Shown here: piece by piece, positions 1 to 9,767 of the stretch
How the letters are laid out: every line of letters begins with the position of its first letter
Numbering within the stretch: position 1 is the stretch's first letter
DNA from: Octopus sinensis
Taxonomy: Eukaryota
Direction of reading: 5' to 3'
Assembly (NCBI RefSeq): GCF_006345805.1
Contig: NW_021832872.1
Coordinates: 1 to 29,785 of the forward strand
Length of the DNA stretch: 29,785 nt
Position numbers and translations under genes: made by a program
Notes under the pieces: generated by a model
The model's input: only the letters and a program-made list of their open reading frames with translations
The model's database searches: none
What the model was told of the DNA's origin: nothing

Positions 1-250
1 TATACTACTACTACTACTACTACTACTACAACTACCACTACTACTACTACTGCTACTACTACTACGAACACTACCACGACCACCACCAAATGTTGTAGTA
101 GTAGTAGCAGTAGTAGTAGCAGCGGTAGGTGCAGTAGCAGTAATTATAACATCAACAACAGCAACAGCAGCAGCAGCAACAACAACAACAACAACAACAA
201 CAATAACAGCAACAACAACAACAACAACAACTATAATGATAATAATAAGT
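1..250. repeat. Compound trinucleotide microsatellite (TAC)n / (GTA,GCA)n / (AAC)n / (AAT)n
   Basis: Directly visible tandem triplets; the first two blocks are reverse complements of each other. Confidence 0.95.
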
Positions 251-328
251 AGCAGTGGTCTCACGGCTTTTGATGTTAACTGATTGGAAGTGTTATCATG
301 TACATTGCAAGTGTTACCATGTATGCAA

Positions 329-480
329 ACATACAAACATACATACATACATACACACATACACACACATACATACATAGATACATACATACATACATAC
401 ATACATACATACATACATACATACATACATACATACATACATACGTGTGTACGTAAGTAGGTACGTATGTATATATATAT
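329..480. repeat. (CATA)n microsatellite
   Basis: Direct tandem tetramer run. Confidence 0.95.
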
Positions 481-782
481 CTGGCACAGAGAAAAACACA
501 TAGGGTACACATATATATCCTCTCCTCATCATCTCTTATCGTCCAAACGTCACCATACTATCGACATCAACGTTCATATTGTTCAATTTAGCGGTTTCAT
601 CAGCATAAGCTGATGGGGTAATATATGAGAGGACATGAAAGACCAACACGAAGAGGAAAAAAAATGAAGCAAGTAGAAATAGGTGACGTCTCTAAACCAA
701 ACTGCAAATATAGGAAGACCACAACCTTTGACCTCAGACGCATACAAAAATTAAAGAATGCACACACACACACACAAACACA

Positions 783-1004
783 CGAGTGAGTACTGAAAAG
801 TTCTTGTGCTTAGGGGTTTCGCGAAAGGCCTGCTTAGAGGCCTAACTTTCCGAGTTCTTTTACAGGGTTTAGAAAAACTGAAGAACCGCTTCAACAAGTA
901 TGTGAATCTGAGAAGGGAATATGTTGAATAAAATCCTAATTAACTGCGGCTCCTCTTATATATTTTCTTTTACGCAAGACCAGGGCGTTTTCAGCACACA
1001 CTCG
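783..1004 (+). mobile_element. Internally deleted mariner-type DNA transposon (MITE-like)
   Basis: Imperfect terminal inverted repeats: left acgagtgagtactgaaaagttcttg vs reverse complement of right end acgagtgtgtgctgaaaacgccctg. Flanked by CA/TA (TA target, left copy mutated). 860-931 reads LQGLEKLKNRFNKYVNLRREYVE*, matching the mariner transposase C-terminal pattern GxxKLxxRWxKCxxxxGxYVE. Confidence 0.8.
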
Positions 1005-1228
1005 TATATATGTAAATACATGCATTTCAAAGATTTAACAAAAAACACAACAAATAGAAGATTTAATATAAACAACAACCGGAAATATCGTAGCTAATTC
1101 CTCATCAAGCAACGTTCAAACCATTCTTACAATTTCGTGTCTTCAACATTGATATTGTTCACTTTTGGTGGCACCAGAAGCAAAATACACTGGGAATAGC
1201 TAACGAACATACAGGACAATAACGAAGA

Positions 1229-1229
1229 C

Positions 1230-1306
<77 letters not shown>
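1229..1306. repeat. (GATA)n microsatellite
   Basis: Direct tandem run. Confidence 0.97.
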
Positions 1307-1351
1307 CGGACAGGCAGATATATGCATGTATATGATATATATATATAATAT

Positions 1352-1555
1352 TTACGGCGATGTACTCGCATAGCAAGTAATTTGATCTGAGATCGTGTGC
1401 TGAAACGAAAACAATTGCTGCGTGGAAGGTGTTTATAAGCCATTTAAGAAACACACAAAAGCCGTTCGATTCACTTCAACACTTAAGTTTAATTTGTCAA
1501 AATATTTTCGTCGCTAAAATCCGCGACCTGTTCACTGACAAAAATCCGTGCTGCA
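1352..1555 (-). mobile_element. Short non-autonomous repeat with a hammerhead fold at its 5' end and (TA)n at its 3' end (Penelope-like pLTR/retrozyme-like)
   Basis: Complex ~200 bp island between TA-type microsatellites, containing the fold at 1493-1542. Boundaries approximate; family assignment is inference. Confidence 0.55.
1493..1542 (-). ncRNA. Minimal type I hammerhead ribozyme, G3-C8 core variant
   Basis: Minus strand: UUUGUCA (stem I) GUGAACA (core) G GUCGC-ggauuuua-GCGAC (stem II) GAA AAUAUU (palindromic stem III) U UGACAAA (stem I). 7 bp stem I and 5 bp stem II are perfect. Confidence 0.75.
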
Positions 1556-2664
1556 TACATATACGCATACATATAGGCGCTTCCCACATCTACATTGTTC
1601 CCGTCTCAGTTCGTGCATATGTATATATTTATATGCACATATATATGTATATACATGCATGTATATATGCATATAAGTATGTATATACATCCATCCATAC
1701 ATACATACATACTTATATACATACACAAACATCTCTACATATGTATATGATCTAATACCCTTGTATAAATGAATATGTTTGTGAGTATGTGCTAGTCTCT
1801 CTTTCTTTGTATATGCAAATGTATTAGTACATGTACTTATGAATTTGTGCAATTTGAGTGTTTATTGCTATAAAATAGCCAAGGTGACGATCTGCACTTT
1901 CAGCCGCATCCCTGTATTTAACTAAATTTCTAAATTAATAACCAGTGCATTTCTAAGCTTGCCCCCGTAGCCTCCCATTATATAATTTATTTTATTGTCA
2001 TATTATCGGGTAATAGCAAGAACTTCCTGTTTATGTTAGTGTCACGTTTGTTAATAGGGTTCGTATCAAACAGTCTTTTTTTTTTCTTTCCCGTGATGCA
2101 GAAACCGGTGCCTACTCATTCGCAAGACTTTGCAACTCAACGATCTACATGCAAATCCGACAATATCAAAACATAATTTTACCCGCAGAATTCTCTTGAG
2201 CAGGAAAACTGTTCGATGTTGGTAACTGATCCAGACTTCCGGTTTGGAACAATGATAATTGGACTAGATCACCGGAGAAAGACATTTAAAAGGTTATTGT
2301 AAACATTATATTTACAGTACAATTTAAAACAAATATTTGAAGTTCGCTGTTAATGAGCGTTAATAGAAAAAAATATAAAATTATCACATATGGACAATTG
2401 CAGTATTAATGGCGATTATGTACACGTATTTGGTTCTCAAGTAATCATTGAACAGATTTAAAGCTATGTTCTATCCTATAATTACAAATATCCTTTAACA
2501 CGCACAAATCGAGCAAAGTTTTGTGATTAAAAACATACGATTTAATTAATGTTCATTGAGAGATTAAGTAAACAAGAGTATCACTGATATTTCGAGCTTA
2601 AGCTCTTCTTCACAATGCTAGATAGATAAAGGGGTAGCGAAATAAATACACGAGTCGGCATAGA

Positions 2665-2797
<133 letters not shown>

Positions 2798-3174
2798 AAT
2801 TTAGATGTCTCAATCCAGAAGCACGTTGAAGCATACATGCACACTCATAAATACCCAAAATTTGTGATGAAATAAAGGACGAATTTTTTTTATTAGTCAT
2901 ACTCTGTCGCTTTTCTTTACGGCCAGTCAACATAATTAATCGTTCGGAGTCTGTGAAATAAGTGCGTGAAGAAGTACTAAGGCCAATTATAATCGACTAA
3001 AAGAGAAACAAAAACATCTTGAATGAGTTACTCTAATTACTGAGGTTAGTTAAAACAAATGAAGAGAACAGAACATAAGGTTCTTCAGAGCAAGTAATAT
3101 TCAATGCTAGAAACCATCAAGCTTTATATATGATAGATCGCTAGCCACTACACATTCTATATTTTCTCTCATTG

Positions 3175-3295
3175 CTTCTTTCTGTGCTCCTTTCTGTGGA
3201 AGAGCGTAGGCACGAATCGTTAAATATTTTTCACTTCCCGAGCGTTATACTAATACATCTGATTGTTGTCTACACCACCTGTCTTCGTCTTAGTT
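3175..3295 (+). mobile_element. Short interspersed repeat (family 3), decayed hammerhead-like 5' end
   Basis: Aligns with 7795-7927 (ctgtggaagagcgtaggcacgaatcgt vs ctgttgaagatcgtaggttcgaaacgt; agcgttatactaatacatctg vs agcgttaaactaatacacctg; cacctgtctt in both). Confidence 0.7.
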
Positions 3296-3616
3296 TCATG
3301 CGACTCCATGTAATTGAACAAGGCAAATATTACACCAATTTAAAATGTAGAGCAATCCTCAGCTGCATAAAAATATAGAATTTAGTTAAATTCGAAGGAT
3401 TCATTTGTATAGTTTTCTTATTATCCAAAATCACAAAGCAGATAAGTAGATTGACAAAGAACATGTTTTATCGACATCACAGTTGTAACTGAGTTTTTTT
3501 CAAAGGAAGGCACTGCTTATCATTGATTATATTTGTATTCGGATTTACTAGAGTGGGGGTATTTTTAATTTATAGACTAATTTTATCAAGTCTAATAGAA
3601 ACTGTAAAAATGTTTA

Positions 3617-3617
3617 T

Positions 3618-3683
<66 letters not shown>

Positions 3684-3846
3684 TATATACATATATATAC
3701 ATATATATATATAATATATTATATATATATATATGTATATATATATATACATATATACATACATATATATATATATGTATATATATGTATGTATGTTATA
3801 TGATATATATATATGTGTATATATATATATATATATTTATTATATG

Positions 3847-3882
<36 letters not shown>

Positions 3883-3920
3883 ATGTATATATGTATTTAT
3901 GAACATATGCATGTAATATA
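3617..3920. repeat. Imperfect (TA)n microsatellite
   Basis: Direct. Confidence 0.95.
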
Positions 3921-4104
3921 TAGACAGGGCTGATGTTTCAGGAATTAAGTGCCAGTTTTTTAGGTCTAGTCTGAAGATATTTTGATTGATATCTGTACGA
4001 TTAGTGCGTTATCTGTTATTCGAAGTTGACTTTGTAGAAATACATTAACTGTATTTATATAATAAATACAATTAAATGTATGTCAGATTTTTTGGGTCCT
4101 TACA

Positions 4105-4250
4105 AGAACAAATGAGATCGATGCAATAACTAAGTACCAGACATCACAAATAAGCGCTTGTCTCGATTTGTTCAGCCAAAACGCGATCAGCGTTGTGCTC
4201 TAGCATGACCGCATTCCAGTAGCTGAAATAAATGAACGATTAAAAAACGA
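4105..4250 (+). mobile_element. Diverged SINE 3' half (SINE-B-like tail)
   Basis: taagtaccag...tcgatttgttc...gtgctctagcatgaccgca...gctgaaata resembles 8330-8430. Confidence 0.45.
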
Positions 4251-4287
4251 AAAACAAAAAAAAGAAATCACATGAAAATATTAAGAA

Positions 4288-4607
4288 ATGGTCACGGTTG
4301 GAGCATCTTAGATTATAAAGTCTGCTCTACTTTACTCAACATTGCTCGGTCAGAACAAAATGAAAATAGCAACAACTACAACAACAATAAAATCAAACTC
4401 GAATACAGTTTTAGTCGAGAGGAAATTTCTCATAAAACACCACAGTTGATGCGAAAATATGGAGAGATGGTCATGGTTAAAGAGCCGTATATTATAAATA
4501 TTCTCTGCTTTCTCCGCTCTGTTTCGTCAGAGCTGAGATATATGAAAAACAACCAAGCACTAACAGCATAACAAGACTTGAAGAAGAAGAAGAAGAAGAG
4601 AAGAAGA

Positions 4608-4638
<31 letters not shown>

Positions 4639-4925
4639 AAGAAGAAGAAGAAGAAGAAAAGAAGAAGAAGAAGAAGAAGAAGAAGAAGAAGAAGAAGAAG
4701 AAAAGAAGAAGAAGAAGAAGAAGAAGAAGAAAAGAAGAAGAAGAAGAAGAAGAAGACTGGAAAAAAGAATTGGGCGCGAGTAAATTTCTCAGAAAGCATT
4801 ACATTTCGGCTACAAAAAAAATGTTGTGACAGCCATGGTTGGACCGCCTTAGATTATAACCCGTGCACTGCTTTCTCGCTTTTGCGCAGACAGAGCAGAA
4901 CTGAGATTAAATAACAACGATAACC
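4288..4925. repeat. Three diverged direct copies of a ~95 bp unit (about 4288-4388, 4467-4552, 4829-4925)
   Basis: Shared ca(c/t)ggtt..., (ag/at)attataa, ctgctttctc (copies 2,3), cagagc/cagaac, each ending in aacaac. Confidence 0.6.
4577..4755. repeat. Long (AAG)n purine tract
   Basis: About 180 bp of near-pure GAA triplets. Confidence 0.97.
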
Positions 4926-5089
4926 GTGAAAATATTTTAAATCATTTGGGAAGTTCTCTGTAAATCATACGAAACTAGCGTTTAAAAAAAATATATATAT
5001 AACAATACCTATAAATAATGAAAATCCAGGTCGTTTCTACATCTGAGTCGATAAAAATAATTTGATGACATCACTATTATCTTGCGTAA

Positions 5090-5101
5090 CACACATATAT
5101 A

Positions 5102-5162
<61 letters not shown>
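5090..5162. repeat. (TA)n microsatellite
   Basis: Direct. Confidence 0.95.
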
Positions 5163-5165
<3 letters not shown>

Positions 5166-5759
5166 ATTTTATACATATGTATGTAATTTTTTATCGTGTT
5201 TTTCTTTCTGTTTATAATGCTTATTGCTACTATTACTCCTATAATGATTTTCAAATTTGTTTGTCACTGCTATTGATGCACGAAGTACTTCATTTAATGA
5301 GGTCTTTGATAGCGCTTTCATCTATTTATAGGTGGAGTGCAATCTCATTTTATGATAGGCGACTTTTGTTATTTCGAATACTCGGAAATTGCTTGGTTGT
5401 TGTTATTGGCATTTCCGGCTTTCCTACTTGAAATATACCATGATACTATCGAACAGTTGATTAGTATAAATATTGTTAAATAAGTTGCGATTGATTATAT
5501 TAATTTCTGTGTGAAGTAAGAGTGGTTGGCTCTGGGAACATATTAAGTATTCTCTCAGAACGAATGATTTAATAACATATATTTATTTTATATCTAAGCG
5601 AACAATCGCCATCAGGCATTAAGCAAATTGCAATTGTTAACTTAATAGGTTAAGTGGAAACAGTAGCGGCATATGTGATATGGTTATATCAATGAACACT
5701 TATGTTGAAGGGGGCAAATTCATTGTTTAACTGCCAGCTACGTTCAGCGAATATAATGA

Positions 5760-6960
5760 TCGGGTTTGTGTGTCAGTATGATTCCATACGTTGTTGTAAT
5801 GTATCTGTATGATTGCGTTGGTTGTGTTGTGATAGTGTTTCAGTGAAGAGATATATGCTGCAATGATGTGTCAGTAATGTTGCGTTATAGTAGTGTGTTA
5901 TTAGTACTGTGTGTCATTGTTGTGTTGCATTACAGTTGTGTTACAGTAGCAAATGTGCTAGTGCTATAATGTGATGTTCTGCAGTTATATGTCAATGTGT
6001 TGTAGTTGTGTTTTATAAGCGTGGTGAGTCGACACTGTACTATAGTTGTGTGTCAGTGTGTTGTGTTGTAATAACGTCAATGCGTTCTGCTGTAGTAGTG
6101 TGTCAGTGTGCTGTGTTGTGTTGTCGTAGTGTGCTAAGGTTGTTATGTGTTGTACTGCTGTAGTGTTTCGTTGTGTTGTGACGCGTTATGACAATGTACT
6201 AGCGTTGTAATGTATTGTACTTCATTAGAGTGTCAGAGTGTTGTGAGATGCTGCATTAATGTGCTAGTGTGTGATGTTGTACTTCAATAGTGTGTCAGTG
6301 TGTTGTGAGGTGTTGTAATGTGCAAGTGTTGTGATGTGATGCAACAGCAGTAATGTTCCAGTGTGTTGTGACGCATTGTGGTAAGGTGTTAGCTTCGCTA
6401 TGTGTTGTACATCCGGAAAGTGTCAGTGTGTTGTGACTGTGTCCTAGCGTTGTGTTGTGATGTACCGCAGTAGTGAGTCAGTGTATTGTAAGGTGTAGTG
6501 GGAATGTGACAGTGCTGCGATGTGTTGTAATGCAGTTGTGTGTCAGTGTGGCTATGTGCTAATATTGTGATCTGATGTCTTACAGTAATGTATCACAGTA
6601 TGTTGTGTTGTAGCAATCTGTTGTTAGTACCTTGGGTCAGTTTTGTGATGTAGTTGTGTCAGGGTGCAGCAATATGTTGTGGTAATGTACCAGTTTTGTG
6701 ATATGATGTGATATTGTAATCAGGGTGTTATATCACAGTAGTGCATCAATGGTGTATTATGGTAGTGGTGTCATCAATAATGTGAAGTAGAAGTGACGTA
6801 ATGTTACACTGTATTAGTGTAACAGTGTTATAGTACTGTGTGACAGTGCGTTGTGCTATAGTAATCTTTCTGTTTAGTGTTGTATTGTAGTAGTAATGGT
6901 ATCAGTGCTGTCCAGTAGCATTGTTGGGTTGCAGAAATGTTAGTGTCGCGATGCGGTGTA
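5760..6960. repeat. Degenerate GT-rich satellite/minisatellite
   Basis: Strong G+T strand skew, gtgtt/gtagt pentamers, recurrent tgtcag(t/a)gtg at 6051, 6101, 6231, 6293, 6421 and 6541. Confidence 0.75.
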
Positions 6961-6967
6961 GTATTTC

Positions 6968-7195
6968 TATTTTGTTGCTTCTTTCAATCATTGGATTGCA
7001 GCCTTGGTGGAGCTCCGCCTTCAAAGCTTTTAGCCAGAAAAAATAAATCGCACAATATATCTGCATTTTTTTTTCAATCTGGTACTTGTATTATCGGGCT
7101 CTTTTGCTGAACATCCCAATTACAGGGGCGTAAGCAAACCAACACCGGTTGCCAAGTGGTGCATGGGGAGAAACAGATCCACGAAGTCACACTCA
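6968..7195 (-). mobile_element. SINE-B 3' half
   Basis: Reverse complement aligns to 8230-8432 (ggtacttgtattatcgggctcttttgctgaac vs gttcggcaaaagaggccgatagaataagtact; ggagctccgcct tail). Confidence 0.75.
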
Positions 7196-7241
7196 TATAT
7201 CTATGTATATATATACATATAAGTAGGTATACATATATTTG

Positions 7242-7273
<32 letters not shown>

Positions 7274-7397
7274 ATATATAATATATGTTATATATATATA
7301 TATATATAAAATATATATGTATATACACACCCGACACAGACACACACACATATATATATAGTATATATATATATATATATTATTAATATAATATATA

Positions 7398-7428
<31 letters not shown>

Positions 7429-7438
7429 TATATACATA
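7196..7438. repeat. (TA)n/(CA)n microsatellite
   Basis: Direct. Confidence 0.95.
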
Positions 7439-7439
7439 T

Positions 7440-7495
7440 CAAGGCGGTGCTACAGCATGGCTGCAGTCAAATGACTGAAAGATAAGAGAATAAAA
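7440..7495 (+). mobile_element. SINE-B 3' tail fragment
   Basis: aaggcggtgctacagcatggctgcagtcaaatgactgaaa matches 8382-8422. Confidence 0.8.
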
Positions 7496-7794
7496 TATAT
7501 ATATAATAGCAAAGTAAGCAAATAAATGTGAAATAAGGTGAGAAAAACAGTATTCGAATACCGCAGGTAGAGCAATATGCTTTATTATTAAAGTTGGATT
7601 ACCATTAAAAAAGATACCACAAAAATCGGCTATTCGGTGTTTCACGTTCCCGTTCATCGGAGGGTTTAGATTGTTCGAAGAACTGTGGTATTTTTGTGAT
7701 GTTATTGCAGCTTTAATAATAATAATAATGCCAGCCGCCATGGTTGACCAATAGCTTGTAATTTTTTTTTTTTATTATTCCATCACTTTATAAC

Positions 7795-7927
7795 TTTTCG
7801 TGTTCCTTACTGTTGAAGATCGTAGGTTCGAAACGTAAAGACTTTCTCACCTACCCTAGCGTTAAACTAATACACCTGTTTGTTATTTATACACCTGTCT
7901 TTGTCTTTTTTTTCTGTAAATTTCAAC
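7795..7927 (+). mobile_element. Short interspersed repeat (family 3), hammerhead-like 5' end, ends in (TA)n
   Basis: Second copy of 3175-3295; retains GAAACGU. Confidence 0.7.
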
Positions 7928-7953
7928 TATATATATATATACAATATAATACA

Positions 7954-7997
<44 letters not shown>

Positions 7998-8020
7998 ATG
8001 TATGCATGTATGCATATATA

Positions 8021-8430
8021 GGCGTATGTGGCTTGCTTACGAACCACATAGTTCCGGTTCATCCTACTGCGTGCACCTTGGGCAAGTGTCTTCTACTATA
8101 GCCTCAGGCCGACCTAAACCTTGTGAGTGCATTTGGTAGACGGAAACTGAAAGAAGCCCGTCGTATATACGTATATATATATTAAATATATATACATATA
8201 TATATATATATATGTATGTCTGTGTATATGTTTGTGTGTCTGTGTTTGTCCCCCTAACATCGCTTGACAACCGATGCTGGTCTGTTTACGTCCGCGTAAC
8301 TTAGCGGTTCGGCAAAAGAGGCCGATAGAATAAGTACTACGCTTACAAAAAGTAAGTCATGGGGGGCGATTTGCTCGACTAAAGGCAGAGTTCCTGCATA
8401 GCCACAGTCAAATTGACGGAAACAAGTAAA

Positions 8431-8432
<2 letters not shown>
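8021..8432 (+). mobile_element. Near full-length SINE-B (tRNA-like head, CORE-like segment, internal TA/TG microsatellite, LINE-type tail)
   Basis: B-box-like gttccggttcatcc; accttgggcaagtgtctt resembles the CORE/MIR motif gaccttgggcaagt; internal microsatellite 8164-8245; tail shared with 7440-7495 and 6968-7020. Confidence 0.85.
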
Positions 8433-8480
<48 letters not shown>

Positions 8481-8484
8481 CATG

Positions 8485-8636
8485 CGACGGGCTTCCACAT
8501 GGTTTCCGTCTACTAAATTCATTCACAAGATATCAATCGACTCGGGGGCTATAGTAGAAGACACTTGCCGACCTTGATACTGAACCCGAAAACAGCGTGG
8601 CTGCAAAGTGATCTTCTTAACCGCTCATTCATGCCC
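8485..8636 (-). mobile_element. SINE-B 5' half
   Basis: Reverse complement contains ggcaagtgtcttctactatagcc (23 nt identical to the + copy), tagacggaaac and gaagcccgtcg. Confidence 0.85.
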
Positions 8637-8644
8637 GTGTTTCA

Positions 8645-8800
8645 ATATTGTGTTGTGGTATAGTAGTGTGTCATTATAGTCATACGTCAGTTTTGTGTGA
8701 CAGTGCGTTCTAGTAGTACGTCATTGATCTGCTGCTTTTGAAGAACCTCACTGCGGTGTTGTGTTGCGCTAGATATCAATAATGCGTTCGTATTAGTGTG
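8645..8800. repeat. Short patch related to the GT-rich degenerate satellite at 5760-6960
   Basis: tagtagtgtgtcatt, gtgtgacagtgcgtt and gtgttgtgttg motifs shared with 5760-6960. Confidence 0.55.
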
Positions 8801-9442
8801 TTTTATTCGTATGTATTTGTTGCTGAATACCTAATTACATAACAGCAACATATATGTATACCATCGATATAGCAGCATAAATTATTTGATGAAGTAGATC
8901 CCGTTTAATTTATGCGTACACACATCTCACGCCCCAAACACATTCACAGGCACAATGACAGACATATAAATAGCTTTTAGACACACGTACACATTTGTAA
9001 ATGACACACACATCTGTATTATATATACAAACACAGACACAGTTAAATTGGTGTCTAATTTGCATAAGAATGCATGCGCTGACAACGTAGAGAATATATT
9101 AATTAATAATCCACCTCACTCTGCATACCTTATTTGATGAAAGTGTAACTCCTCAGATCAATCCTACATTTTTTTCCTGATTACAGAGTAATGAAAATCC
9201 GCGGTTTAACCACGTTTACTTGCCATAGTGAGGCTAAAATTCTTTGTTCACTGAAAAACGTTATACCTTTGTTTGCATTTCAAATTATCTGAAGTCGTTC
9301 TGAAGTGCATTATTAATTAATTAATTAATTAATTAATTAATTAACCTGGTTGTCATTGCATTCATCATTCCGTTATCCCTTTATGTGTTTCATCGCAAAT
9401 GCTGCAGCCATGCTGGGATAAAGCCATTTAATAAAATTACTA

Positions 9443-9515
9443 CGCCTAACGTGGGGTTCGAATTCATGGCCTTGAGTTTAGGAATCCTGTGCTCTACTGA
9501 CGGAGCTGCTTATGT
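9443..9515 (-). pseudogene. tRNA-Lys(CTT)-derived pseudogene or SINE head
   Basis: Reverse complement of 9443-9508 aligns without gaps at 50/66 to the conserved metazoan tRNA-Lys(CTT) sequence (reference recalled from memory). Anticodon position reads CCT; 5' acceptor strand lost. Confidence 0.8.
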
Positions 9516-9571
9516 TAATTAGATTGAGGAGATTAGCTGAGCTCTATTTCTTGCATTGTTATATATAACTA

Positions 9572-9753
9572 CACAAAATGCTTAGCAGTATTTCGTCCAT
9601 CGCTACGTTCTGAGTTCTAATTCCGCCGAGGTCGACTTCGCTTTTCATCCTTTCGGGGTCGATAAATTAAGAACCAGTAAAATTCTGGGATCGATGTAGT
9701 AGATTAGTTCCCTCCATCAAAAACTTCAGGCATTGTGCATATAATAAAAAGGA
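9572..9753 (+). mobile_element. 5'-truncated SINE-A with 13 bp target-site duplication
   Basis: Aligns with 9805-9986; ttatatataacta at 9559-9571 and 9754-9766. Confidence 0.9.
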
Positions 9754-9767
9754 TTATATATAACTAT

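Noticed and set aside
598-615. Hairpin catcagc-ataa-gctgatg next to gaaac on the minus strand
   Set aside because: No core heptamer at the right position; simple hairpin.
1129-1199. Minus-strand exon-like segment reading VPPKVNNINVEDTK
   Set aside because: No AG at the position expected for an Ig-type exon start, no recognisable homology, and it borders a (GATA)n tract.
4510-4535. Minus-strand CUGACGA-AAC
   Set aside because: No stem II; it is part of the 95 bp repeat unit.
4272-4571. 99 aa ORF with ordinary composition
   Set aside because: It lies across two copies of a diverged repeat unit; no motif or splice support.
9225-9260. gctaaaat...tgttcactga resembling the G3-C8 element, and a 16-mer tagtgaggctaaaatt shared with about 10990
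   Set aside because: Stem II and the rest of the element are not alignable; too short to call.
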